A DNA stretch of 64,000 bases, taken from the IMG/VR virus record IMGVR_UViG_3300036861_000632, positions 1 through 64,000 of that record; one strand, written 5' to 3'. The number at the start of each line of letters is the position of its first letter. Positions within the stretch are counted from its first letter, which is position 1. The stretch comes from a virus. The notes under the pieces were generated by a model, which worked only from the letters and a program-made list of their open reading frames with translations, ran no database searches and was not told the DNA's origin. Both the position numbers and the translations under genes were made by a program. This document shows, piece by piece, positions 9,003-16,991 of this stretch.

Positions 9003-10247
9003 TTAGACGTAGGTGATCTTGAGCGCGGAGGGCCGGAACTGGCTCACGATGTAGGGAGCGCACATGCGTTGCTGCGAGCGTTCTTCCCAGTTCTCCCGCT
9101 CATTGCGCTCCACGATCTCCTTCGACCAGATCGGCTTGTTGTAGCTGCGACCGGGCTTGAGGTTGAACACCGGGTAGCAGGTGCCCTTGACGAGCGTGGC
9201 ATCGCCGATGAAACGCCAGTCCTTGCCGAGCCGGCGCAACGACGTGTAACCGTTCTCCTGCACCTGTTGCTGCAAGGAGGTCGAATTCGTGTTGTTTTCC
9301 AGCAACAGCGTCTTGGCGATGTTGATGATGTCCGACGGCGGGCAGATGATGTCGCCCGTGGCCATCAGCCGGCCGCGGCCACCGGGCAGGTAATTGCCCC
9401 AGGAATCCTGATAGTCCACGATCGCGTCGAGCACGGCCGGGCGCAGGCCCGTGGAAGCCGTCGTCTCATAATCGGTCAACTTCATCGCCGCCCGCACCGT
9501 CGAGGTCGCCGAAGCCGGCGTGCCCGTGCTGTTCAGGATGATGTTCGTGGACGGCAAATGGATCGTCTTGATGGCGGAGTGCGCGACGAAAATGCGCTGC
9601 TCAACCTTGGTCCGGGCCTGCTCGTAGCTGAAGGCACCGAAGGCACCGCCGGAAGCGAGCGCGGCGGAGAGCAGGTTGAAATGCACCTTGTCGTACTGAA
9701 TCTGGAGATCGCGCCCGATGTCGAACGTGGCCTTCGCCACGCCATCCACCCGGCCCGCGATGATGTCGAGCGTCACATAACGCACGATGTCGGACGTGAT
9801 GATCGCCAGCCCGATGTCCTGCTTGGAGTTGGGCTTCACCACGCGCACGCGGTCAGGCGTGCCATCGGGCGAGACATTGCCCACGCGCACTTCCTGCTTC
9901 GAGTCGTTGAGGATCTTGGGTTCCTCGTCGTCCTTGAGTGTGACTTGCTCGAAATAGGCGGCGCCAAACGTGGAATCCGAAGCGATGAAATTACCGACCG
10001 TCTCGACGCGCACCGCGTTAAGGGCGCGCTGCTTGTCGCCGGTTTTGTCGTTCCACGCCTCGATAATCATCTCGGACTGCTTCTTCGGGTCCGGCTCGAT
10101 GCCGGCGAGCATCCGCAGGAATTCCTTGTTGGCCTTGTCCGCATCGACTTCGACGAGGTTGCCGGTTTCATCCTTGGCCAGCGTGTAGCCGTGAAGCGTG
10201 ATGGACCGCTTCACCATTCCGTCAAGTTGCTCTTTGATCGACTTCAT
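9003..10247 (-). CDS. Major capsid protein
   Basis: 414 aa; follows the protease-scaffold-decoration genes; strong codon bias. Confidence 0.65.
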   Translation of the reverse strand: MKSIKEQLDGMVKRSITLHGYTLAKDETGNLVEVDADKANKEFLRMLAGIEPDPKKQSEMIIEAWNDKTGDKQRALNAVRVETVGNFIASDSTFGAAYFEQVTLKDDEEPKILNDSKQEVRVGNVSPDGTPDRVRVVKPNSKQDIGLAIITSDIVRYVTLDIIAGRVDGVAKATFDIGRDLQIQYDKVHFNLLSAALASGGAFGAFSYEQARTKVEQRIFVAHSAIKTIHLPSTNIILNSTGTPASATSTVRAAMKLTDYETTASTGLRPAVLDAIVDYQDSWGNYLPGGRGRLMATGDIICPPSDIINIAKTLLLENNTNSTSLQQQVQENGYTSLRRLGKDWRFIGDATLVKGTCYPVFNLKPGRSYNKPIWSKEIVERNERENWEERSQQRMCAPYIVSQFRPSALKITYV

Positions 10248-10275
10248 AGATTTTGTTTGTATTGCGGTGAATGAA

Positions 10276-10797
10276 TCAGGCAGTCAGGTCGCCCTTCAGA
10301 ATCTCGACCGAGATGCGAACCGCGCCGGACGTGTTCGGCGTGAGTTGGGCCACGAGCCGGTATTGCGCGCGTTGAGTGGACTGGACCTGGCAGAACTTGC
10401 CGGCCGTGAAACTGAGCAGCGTGTCGGCGGCTGTCCCTGCGTAAATCGCACCCGTGCCCGTGCTGACGATGTAGTCAGAGCCTTCGACTTCCAGCGCCTC
10501 GGCCATTTCGATTGAGCCGTGGAAACCGGCCCGGTACGGAATCTGGCCGCCGGAATCATCCGGGGCGAGGCCATAAAGCTGTTCGGTGTCAGTCCGGCCG
10601 ATGGCCGTGCTGTCCTCGCGGATGGCCTTCATGCAGAAGCCGTCGGCCCAGCCGTCGGCGACCACGAAAGTCTTCTCGCCCGTGTCGGCATCAATTGCCG
10701 AGATTTTCAGTGGCCGACCGATGGGATGAGTGGCGGAAGGAAGAACGCCGGAAACAGTGCCGGGACCGCCGCGAAGGATTTCAAAGTTGGACTTCAT
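10276..10797 (-). CDS. Capsid decoration/cement protein
   Basis: 173 aa, Gly-rich and beta-type, between scaffold and capsid genes. Confidence 0.5.
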   Translation of the reverse strand: MKSNFEILRGGPGTVSGVLPSATHPIGRPLKISAIDADTGEKTFVVADGWADGFCMKAIREDSTAIGRTDTEQLYGLAPDDSGGQIPYRAGFHGSIEMAEALEVEGSDYIVSTGTGAIYAGTAADTLLSFTAGKFCQVQSTQRAQYRLVAQLTPNTSGAVRISVEILKGDLTA

Positions 10798-10828
10798 GTT
10801 TTGAGTGGTGCGTTATGGTTGACGAAAT

Positions 10829-11659
10829 TCAGATGACGCCCGGATGATTGGTGGTGACTTCTTTCTTTTCATCGCCCGGCTTGGGCGTCCCACCCGCGAA
10901 CGGATGGCCGGCGGACTTGGGCTTCTGCGCGGTCATCAGGCTGATAACCTTGTCGAAGCCGGCATCGGGTTCGACCCAAGCCAGTTCAACCGTCTGCGCG
11001 GAGGCCAGCGTGAAGCCCTTGAGCTTCGGGAGCCGGTTCTTGGCGCGCGACAACAGATCGGTGAACACCTTTTCCTCGCCCGTGAGCACTTCATCGGCCG
11101 GGGCAGGGATGCCCAGTTCAGCCGCCTTCGTGCGCCGCTCGCTGAGAGTCTTAAGTTCGGCGCTGAACAGGGCGCGGGAATTCTTCTCGGCCTCTTGGAC
11201 TGCCGCCGTGTGATCCTCCTTCTTGAACAACTCGCCGGCCTTGATCTTCCCGTCGATGGCCTTGTCGATCTCGCCGCCCATGCTGGCGCGAACCGTCGCG
11301 ACCTCGCTCTTGGCGTCCTTGGCTATGCCGGCAATCCGGCCGATGGTGTCCTGCGCGGATCGGAAAGCCCAGAGCAACTGGCGGAGGGCGCTCCCGGCAT
11401 CGAGCGCGGCGGGAACCTTGTCGGTTTCGGGCAACGCGGCCAATGCTCGGTTGATGGTGTCTTTGGCCTGCTTGAACTGACCCTTGAGCGGTTCATCGAG
11501 CAGATCGTCCAGCGAATTGAGGCTCTTGGAAATATCCGTCAGACCGGCGCGCAATTCGCTCATTTCCGTCTGCGTGATTTCGCCAACCGGATCGGCGGCG
11601 TGAAAACTTCGGGCGATGTGGCCTTCGGCGGAATCCGGTGCGAGCAAAATGTTTTTCAT
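10829..11659 (-). CDS. Capsid scaffolding protein
   Basis: ATG 11659; helical and charged; lies upstream of decoration/capsid genes. Confidence 0.5.
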   Translation of the reverse strand: MKNILLAPDSAEGHIARSFHAADPVGEITQTEMSELRAGLTDISKSLNSLDDLLDEPLKGQFKQAKDTINRALAALPETDKVPAALDAGSALRQLLWAFRSAQDTIGRIAGIAKDAKSEVATVRASMGGEIDKAIDGKIKAGELFKKEDHTAAVQEAEKNSRALFSAELKTLSERRTKAAELGIPAPADEVLTGEEKVFTDLLSRAKNRLPKLKGFTLASAQTVELAWVEPDAGFDKVISLMTAQKPKSAGHPFAGGTPKPGDEKKEVTTNHPGVI

Positions 11660-11685
11660 AGCATCATTGTGTCTCAGTTGTCGGC

Positions 11686-11713
11686 GGTATAGATATTCTC
11701 CCGGCCATGTCAA
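11686..11713 (-). promoter_or_regulatory. Putative promoter TTGACA-N16-TATACC
   Basis: Same motif and spacing recur at 12579-12606 and 31415-31442. Confidence 0.5.
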
Positions 11714-11722
11714 CAGCGAAGA

Positions 11723-12571
11723 TCACTTTTTGAGAAATAGTTTTTCCATCGTTTCCGCCACAATTTGAACGTTGGCGACAAACTTGGCCACATGATCGCC
11801 GCTGGCCGTGAGCCGTTGAATCTTCGCCGTTGGTTCCGCGCCATACTTCACGAGGCCGAGTCCGCAGTAGTGAACCGAGCCATCAAGTCCGCCCATGAGC
11901 ATCGTGACCTCCTGTCCTTTGTAGCCCGCGACCACGCGATCAACCTTCGTCGAGAACGTCGCCTGCAAATCAGCGGGTGCGCTTGCCCACGGCCAGTACT
12001 CGAATCCCGCCGCGCGAATGTCGTCGGGCGTGAATTCGCTTTTCAGTTTGCCGTTCGGATTGGCGACCGCGAGGCCGGACTTGGACACGGGATATTCGAC
12101 TTCCATCGAGACGGTGTACTTGTGGCGGCCGGTGGAATGATCGCCGACGATCTTCGCCATGCCCTGAGAGCGTTTGGCGTAACTCGCCACGCCATCAATC
12201 GCCGGCATGGAATCCTTGCTGATCTTCCAGCCGCCAATCGGGGCGTCGGGGAATTTAGTCGCAACCACCATGCCGATGATCCGGTCATTCATCGTGCTGG
12301 CTTCGCCGGGCTTCTTGTAATACTCGGCGACGTGATGTTCCCAGTTGAGATTCTGGTGAAGCAGCGAATTGAAGGATTTGCCAGCCACGATGGGATGAAT
12401 GCCGGTGCCCCAATGCGTGCGTACCGGGAAGGCGTGCGACATGGAGAAATGGAAGTACCCCTTGCTGTCGTCCGGCGTGAATTTCTGCCCGAAGAAATCG
12501 AGCACGTTGTCCGCGTGCAGCGTCATGGCCTTGTCCGAAACAATCGGACTGACGGCGAAATCTTTGCTCAT
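11723..12571 (-). CDS. Putative prohead protease
   Basis: ATG 12571 (MSKDFAVSP); NWEH, RIIG and VSMEV elements; first gene of the head block. Confidence 0.45.
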   Translation of the reverse strand: MSKDFAVSPIVSDKAMTLHADNVLDFFGQKFTPDDSKGYFHFSMSHAFPVRTHWGTGIHPIVAGKSFNSLLHQNLNWEHHVAEYYKKPGEASTMNDRIIGMVVATKFPDAPIGGWKISKDSMPAIDGVASYAKRSQGMAKIVGDHSTGRHKYTVSMEVEYPVSKSGLAVANPNGKLKSEFTPDDIRAAGFEYWPWASAPADLQATFSTKVDRVVAGYKGQEVTMLMGGLDGSVHYCGLGLVKYGAEPTAKIQRLTASGDHVAKFVANVQIVAETMEKLFLKK

Positions 12572-12578
12572 GGGGCGG

Positions 12579-12606
12579 GGTATAGCGAGCCAAGTAGCGG
12601 AGTCAA
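12579..12606 (-). promoter_or_regulatory. Putative promoter TTGACT-N16-TATACC (probably leaderless transcript)
   Basis: ATG 12571 lies 7 nt after the -10 box. Confidence 0.5.
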
Positions 12607-12643
12607 CGCTGCAATCAGCCCATTCACTCAGCGAAGAATCCTC

Positions 12644-12672
12644 TTGCACTCCTCGCGGTTTATGATTATGAG
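12644..12672 (+). promoter_or_regulatory. Candidate promoter of the plus-strand island (TTGCAC-N17-TATGAG)
   Basis: Lies in the short divergent intergenic gap, upstream of the leader ORF. Confidence 0.3.
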
Positions 12673-12683
12673 GATTGGCAGCA

Positions 12684-12728
12684 ATGAATATCGAGTTTCC
12701 GAACGACGAACTGAAGCACGGCGGGTAA
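12684..12728 (+). CDS. 14-aa leader peptide MNIEFPNDELKHGG reading into attC-1
   Basis: ATG 12684 is in frame with CCG AAC of attC-1; TAA 12726-12728 lies in the attC loop. Confidence 0.45.
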   Translation: MNIEFPNDELKHGG

Positions 12729-12823
12729 AACCAACGACTCAAGATATGAAAACAGCGACCGAACAACCACCGACTCCGCCAACTGCAACGGCTCTAGCCG
12801 TTGCTTCCAGTGATGGGTTCTCT
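12698..12823 (-). mobile_element. attC-like site 1 (126 bp)
   Basis: Plus strand: AAC-gacga-ACTGAAGCACGGC ... GCCGtTGCTTcCAGT-gatgg-GTT. Two one-sided extrahelical bases (T, C) and 5-nt spacers. Confidence 0.8.
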
Positions 12824-13186
12824 GGCGTCGAACTCATCGCCCGCGAACGCGCTCGACAAATCAGCGTGGAAGGATGGACGCCCGAACACGATGACAGCCA
12901 CGACAAAGGCGAACTGCTCGAAGCCTCCTACGCCTACGCGAAAGCCGCCATCAAATGTATCAAGCATGAATACTACCGCATCATCAACGACCCGCCTCCT
13001 GAATGGCCGTGGGAAAGTGAATGGTGGAAGCCGAGTCCCGATGCCATCCGAAATCTGGAAAAGGCCGGTGCGCTGCTCGCCGCTGAAATAGACCGGCTAA
13101 AACGCGCTCAAGGCAAGCCGGACGAAAAGATGAGCCACTGCGAGCCGGAAGCGGCGCATGGCTCGCACGAGAAAGGTTCAAAATGA
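12746..13186 (+). CDS. Cassette 1 gene: conserved phage hypothetical protein (IARERARQI..EGWTPEHDD...WPW..WWKP family)
   Basis: ATG lies inside the attC-1 loop; the C-terminus is encoded by attC-2. Confidence 0.75.
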   Translation: MKTATEQPPTPPTATALAVASSDGFSGVELIARERARQISVEGWTPEHDDSHDKGELLEASYAYAKAAIKCIKHEYYRIINDPPPEWPWESEWWKPSPDAIRNLEKAGALLAAEIDRLKRAQGKPDEKMSHCEPEAAHGSHEKGSK

Positions 13187-13247
13187 AATCAAAACTCAAA
13201 TCGAAAACCCGCGCTGCTCGCAGTTGCGCTCCATCGCCTGGTTCGGC
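13117..13247 (-). mobile_element. attC-like site 2 (131 bp; crossover triplet GAC instead of AAC)
   Basis: GCCGGAC-gaaaa-GATGAGCCACTGCGAGC ... GCTCGCAGTtGcGCTCcATC-gcctg-GTTCGGC; three extrahelical bases. Confidence 0.8.
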
Positions 13248-13446
13248 GCACGTTGACGCGCTCTACAAAGCGGTCGCGAATTACGTGAAAGCCAACGGCG
13301 GGAAGTTGGTGGTGGTTGGTGGTGTGAGAATCGAAGAATGGCCGGGCGAGCCTGACCTCGTGTTTCACGTCGCCATCAAGTGCATGGGGCGGAAGCCGGT
13401 CTTCGTTGCGCCGAACGATGAAGTCAGCGAAGTGGCGGGTCGCTGA
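13183..13446 (+). CDS. Cassette 2 gene: hypothetical protein
   Basis: ATGA overlap in the attC-2 loop; ends PNDEVSEVAGR* inside attC-3; cassette ends are complementary over 10 bp (13241-13250 vs 13407-13416). Confidence 0.7.
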   Translation: MKSKLKSKTRAARSCAPSPGSAHVDALYKAVANYVKANGGKLVVVGGVRIEEWPGEPDLVFHVAIKCMGRKPVFVAPNDEVSEVAGR

Positions 13447-13504
13447 CGTTGAAATTAACCCGTGGCGTTCGCCCCGCCACTTTCGCTGAACTGAATTGTT
13501 ATGT
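13410..13504 (-). mobile_element. attC-like site 3 (95 bp), abutting the integrase remnant
   Basis: GCCGAAC-gatga-AGTCAGCGAAGTGGCGGG ... CCCGCCACTtTCGCTGaACT-gaatt-GTTATGT. Confidence 0.85.
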
Positions 13505-13820
13505 CCTGGCAACTACAAACCAAACACATCGGCTCGGTGCTCACCATCCAAGAATGGAATGAGCGCATGAAAGAGGAACTGCGGGCGGCGGAAACCTGCT
13601 CACCGCATATCGTAGAGCAAATCAAGCAGGTGGACGCTCTAGTGCGCAATGAAGTGCGCCGCACCACCTTCGCCATGCGTATGCCACGCACTGTCTGAAT
13701 GCTGGCCAAAATCCTCGCGCCATTCAGCAGGCGATGGGGCATAGCCAGCTTGAAACCACAATGGGGTATATGCACGCAGAGGCATTGAACGTAAAAAGCC
13801 CACTGGAATTTCAAGCATGA
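13501..13820 (+). pseudogene. intI: Integron-type tyrosine recombinase remnant (internally deleted, frameshifted)
   Basis: Start-less frame 13653-13820 gives PHHLRHAYATHCLNAGQNPRAIQQAMGHSQLETTMGYMHAEALNVKSPLE: HxxRH, GH, the catalytic Tyr and the IntI-like V.SPL(D/E) tail. It is out of frame with ORF 13501..13698. Confidence 0.8.
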
Positions 13821-13954
13821 AAGAACACCGACTCATCTGTCAGCGTCGCTGTCTCCCAGGTGGTGGCTTCTACAAATGGACGCCCCGTAAGCCGCATCCC
13901 GTCGAATGCCCGAATTGCAAATCCCGAAACTGGAACCGCAAGAAAGCCGCCTGA
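13817..13954 (+). CDS. Small zinc-ribbon protein (45 aa)
   Basis: MKEHRLICQRRC...WTPRKPHPVECPNCKSRNW; ATGA-coupled to the integrase remnant; not in the ORF track. Confidence 0.6.
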   Translation: MKEHRLICQRRCLPGGGFYKWTPRKPHPVECPNCKSRNWNRKKAA

Positions 13955-13956
13955 CT

Positions 13957-16317
13957 ATGTTCAAGAACCTCCTCGCGCTGACCCATTCGCCCACGATTGA
14001 AACCGGCATCGGGCGCGTCACGCAGAACCTCTTTTCGCGCTTCAAACCGCACTTCGAGTCCATCGACATTTTCGCCATCAACTACAACGGGATGCCGCAC
14101 GCGATGCAAAAGGAATACACCCTCTATCCTCCGCCCCGTGGTGACGAGTGGGCGAGCCGGGATGGGCTGGGAGCGTTCTGCGACCGGATCAGGGTGGCCT
14201 TCGAGAATGGGCGCGGCTATTCGCACGTCTGGATGTGCGAGGAACCGCGCAGTCTTTCGCAGTGGAACTTTCCACAGACCATCAATCGCGCGGGCAGCCA
14301 TTTCGGATTCGTGACGGCGGGTTACTTCCCCGTGTGCTCGCAGATGGACGACAAGTGGCTGGACATCATCCGGGCGGTCGATTGCCCGGTGGCGTACACG
14401 AACTACGGTCTGACCGAGATGTTGCGCGGCAAGCGGGAACTGCTGTTCAAGGGACGCTCCAAGCCGGCGATCATCCCGCACGGCGTCAACCCGGAGATTT
14501 ATCACCCGGTCAAGCCGGAAGCGAGAATCGCCATGCGCTCGCGTCTCCAACTCGCCGAAAAGGATTTCGTCCTGCTTAACGTCAACCAGAATCAGCGCCG
14601 CAAAGGGCTGGTGAACTCGTTTCAAATCCTCGCCCTGCTCCGTTCAATGAACGTGCCGGCCGTGCTCATCATGCACATGCCGGATGGCAACGAGATTGAG
14701 GGCACGTCCATCAGCGCGATGGCGGATCAGCTTGGCGTCTTGCCGGCATGGTGGCGTTCGTCGGATGATCTTTTCCTCAACGGCCACGCGCGCATGGCGG
14801 AGACTTCGTTGAACCTCGTTTACAACTGCGCCGATCTCGTGCTGTCCACGACCTACGGTGAAGGCTTCGGCCTGAGTTTGATCGAGGGAGTGGCGGCGGG
14901 CTGCTGTGCCGCCATGCCGGACCACACGGCCTGCGCCGAGATTGCCGACGCCATCAACGCTTCACAGCCGGGCCGTGTCCTCAAGCTGCCGGTGTCTGAC
15001 ATCGCCATCGTCAACATGCGGGACGATTCGCGCGTGCGTTATCCGGTGGATGTGAAGGCGTCTGCCTTTGCCATTGCCGACCTGTACGGCAAAGAGAAGT
15101 GGCGCATCCGCGAACCGCTCTCACCCGCCATCCGCAACTGGCTTGATTGGGACCGCATCGCAAAGCAGTGGCTCAAATTTATGGACATTGAGAAGCCCGC
15201 GGTGCCGGAGTCCTACACCATCGAATCGTCGAGGCGGGTGATGATTCCGCACAGCGAATGCGTGGCGCCAACTCCGAGCTTTCAGAGGCAGACACCGTGG
15301 CCGAGTGGATTGGTCCCGCTGCCTGTCACTAAGGACATGGCTTACTTCAATTCGGGGCTGGTGCGCGGGCCGGATGCTCAACTGTGGCTGGTTTCACGGA
15401 AGGCGGTGCGGGTGAACCATCCGAAGCTGCTAGACCATAGTAATCTGGCGGCGATTGCCTTAAACGAGAACATGGAGCCGCGCCACGGATATTCGCTTGC
15501 ACAGCTACTCGCCGGGGACACGCAAGCGGATAGAGTGGATCGGGCAATCGAAAAAATGCTCGACCTTCCAAACCGCGAAACCGAACAGCACGAAGACCCG
15601 CGCGTCGTTTTTCACGCCGGCATGTTCTATGTCGCCTACGCCTCGTGGTCGCGAGAGACATGCATCCCGAACAGCAAGCAGCGCATGGCGGCGTTCAAGG
15701 ATTGGAACAGTCAGCCGATCGTTGGCCGCGAAATATTCTACGGCAACAACGACTCCGCCAATCCGGGCACGGAAAAGAACTGGCTGCCGTTCTTCCATGA
15801 TGGCGTCCTGCATCTGGTCTATCGGTTCGCGCCGCACATCGTCATCGCGCCCTACGCGCAAAACGGCGTCGCGCTGGTCGAATACCGGACGGCCACGAAT
15901 GACACCTGGAAATGGGGCGAGATTCGCGGCGGCACTCCGCCTGTCCGCGTGGGCGACGAATACATTTCGTTCTTCCATTCCTCAACGCCGTGGCGCGGGC
16001 CGTTCCGCCGCTATTACATGGGCGCGTATGCGTTCGCTGCCAAGCCGCCGTTCAACGTCACGCGCATCAGTCCGAAGCCGATCCTCGCCGGGAGCGATGA
16101 GGACTCGCGGTTGTGGGGCAAGAACAAGCCGGCGGTGATCTTCCCGTCCGGGGCGTTGCTTGAGAAGGAGGAGTGGCTGGTGACGGGCGGCTGCAATGAT
16201 GAGGCGACTTTCTGGATTCGGATTCCGCACAAGGAATTGGAGATGCGGGAGTGCTCCACGAACGATGAAGTCAGCCACACGGCTGGCCGAAAACCAGAAA
16301 GTGAAGGAATGAAATGA
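13957..16317 (+). CDS. GT4 glycosyltransferase fused to a GH130-like beta-propeller glycosidase/phosphorylase domain
   Basis: N-terminal TGIGRV, PHGV, NQRRKG and EGFGLSLIE (E-x7-E). C-terminal EDPRV, EKNWLPF, RGGTP, FFHS and VIFPSG. Confidence 0.8.
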   Translation: MFKNLLALTHSPTIETGIGRVTQNLFSRFKPHFESIDIFAINYNGMPHAMQKEYTLYPPPRGDEWASRDGLGAFCDRIRVAFENGRGYSHVWMCEEPRSLSQWNFPQTINRAGSHFGFVTAGYFPVCSQMDDKWLDIIRAVDCPVAYTNYGLTEMLRGKRELLFKGRSKPAIIPHGVNPEIYHPVKPEARIAMRSRLQLAEKDFVLLNVNQNQRRKGLVNSFQILALLRSMNVPAVLIMHMPDGNEIEGTSISAMADQLGVLPAWWRSSDDLFLNGHARMAETSLNLVYNCADLVLSTTYGEGFGLSLIEGVAAGCCAAMPDHTACAEIADAINASQPGRVLKLPVSDIAIVNMRDDSRVRYPVDVKASAFAIADLYGKEKWRIREPLSPAIRNWLDWDRIAKQWLKFMDIEKPAVPESYTIESSRRVMIPHSECVAPTPSFQRQTPWPSGLVPLPVTKDMAYFNSGLVRGPDAQLWLVSRKAVRVNHPKLLDHSNLAAIALNENMEPRHGYSLAQLLAGDTQADRVDRAIEKMLDLPNRETEQHEDPRVVFHAGMFYVAYASWSRETCIPNSKQRMAAFKDWNSQPIVGREIFYGNNDSANPGTEKNWLPFFHDGVLHLVYRFAPHIVIAPYAQNGVALVEYRTATNDTWKWGEIRGGTPPVRVGDEYISFFHSSTPWRGPFRRYYMGAYAFAAKPPFNVTRISPKPILAGSDEDSRLWGKNKPAVIFPSGALLEKEEWLVTGGCNDEATFWIRIPHKELEMRECSTNDEVSHTAGRKPESEGMK

Positions 16318-16391
16318 GCGCAACCGATAACCAGAAACCGTCCGCCGAAGCCCAACGCGAAGCCGTGTTGTGCTGCACTGATTTGTTAGGC
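16257..16391 (-). mobile_element. attC-like site 4 (135 bp)
   Basis: CACGAAC-gatga-AGTCAGCCACACGGCT ... AGCCGTGTtGtGCTGcACT-gattt-GTTAGGC. R'' = GCCTAAC fits RYYYAAC. Shares 17 identical nt with attC-3. Confidence 0.85.
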
Positions 16392-16845
16392 TGCCCGAAT
16401 TGCAAAAGCACAAACATCATAAAACTCTGGCGGGCCGAGATCGTCCTGCCCGGTGACAACTCAGACAACTCAACCAAAGGATACCGATATGGATGCCATG
16501 ACTGCGACTCAATCTTCTACGCCCGTTAAGTGGCGCCCCGAACACGGCGGCGCATACCGCTGCCTGCGTGCCAACGAAGAGCATGGCACGAAGAAGGGTA
16601 AAATCTACATCTACGAAACGACCTTCTACCCTCAAGGCGAAATCTGCCACTACAACTCGCGCTGGCAAACGCGACTGCTCGGCGGATGCAACTCGCTTCG
16701 ACAACCCGGCGCGTTCGAGACGGTGACAATCTGCCCGTTCTGCGGCGCGACCATGTATAAACCGGAAGCCGATGCCAGCGGCTTCTTCCCGCTCGCCCAC
16801 GATGCTGCTGAGTGCGCGAAGAAAACCGGAGACTCGTCAGCCTAA
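16314..16845 (+). CDS. Cassette 4 cargo: Cys-rich hypothetical protein(s), ORFs 16314..16529 and 16453..16845 (possibly one frameshifted gene)
   Basis: ATGA overlap in the attC-4 loop; CPNC, CHDC and CPFC motifs; cassette ends complementary over 9 bp (16385-16393 vs 16838-16846). Confidence 0.55.
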
Positions 16846-16991
16846 CGCAAAGTTAGGGCATTGCCACCGGACGGAAGCGAACTCGATGACCCACAACCAC
16901 AACACCACGAAGACTAAATATGCACTACAAAGCGACTTAGAAGCGATTTCCTTCGCGCAATTGATGAATGTTGCGCTAAACGAAAACATCC

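Noticed and set aside
11765-12745. N-terminal 327 aa of the 473-aa plus-strand ORF
   Set aside because: It overlaps the protease gene antisense; the recognisable protein starts at ATG 12746.
12704-13122. Cassette 1 as a perfectly bounded cassette
   Set aside because: Its ends (GTTCTCT vs GCCGGAC) are not complementary, so it is kept only as a degenerate or truncated cassette.
12698-13504. Reading the spaced palindromes as a CRISPR array or terminators
   Set aside because: The repeats are not identical, the intervals are whole genes, there are no U-tracts or cas genes, and the one-sided bulges fit attC.
13653-13820. Recombinase fragment as the prophage integrase
   Set aside because: It has an IntI-like tail, abuts attC sites, lies internal to the genome and is incomplete.
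16840-16975. Fifth complete attC site
   Set aside because: Only GCCTAAC plus a spacer is present; no complementary second arm was found.
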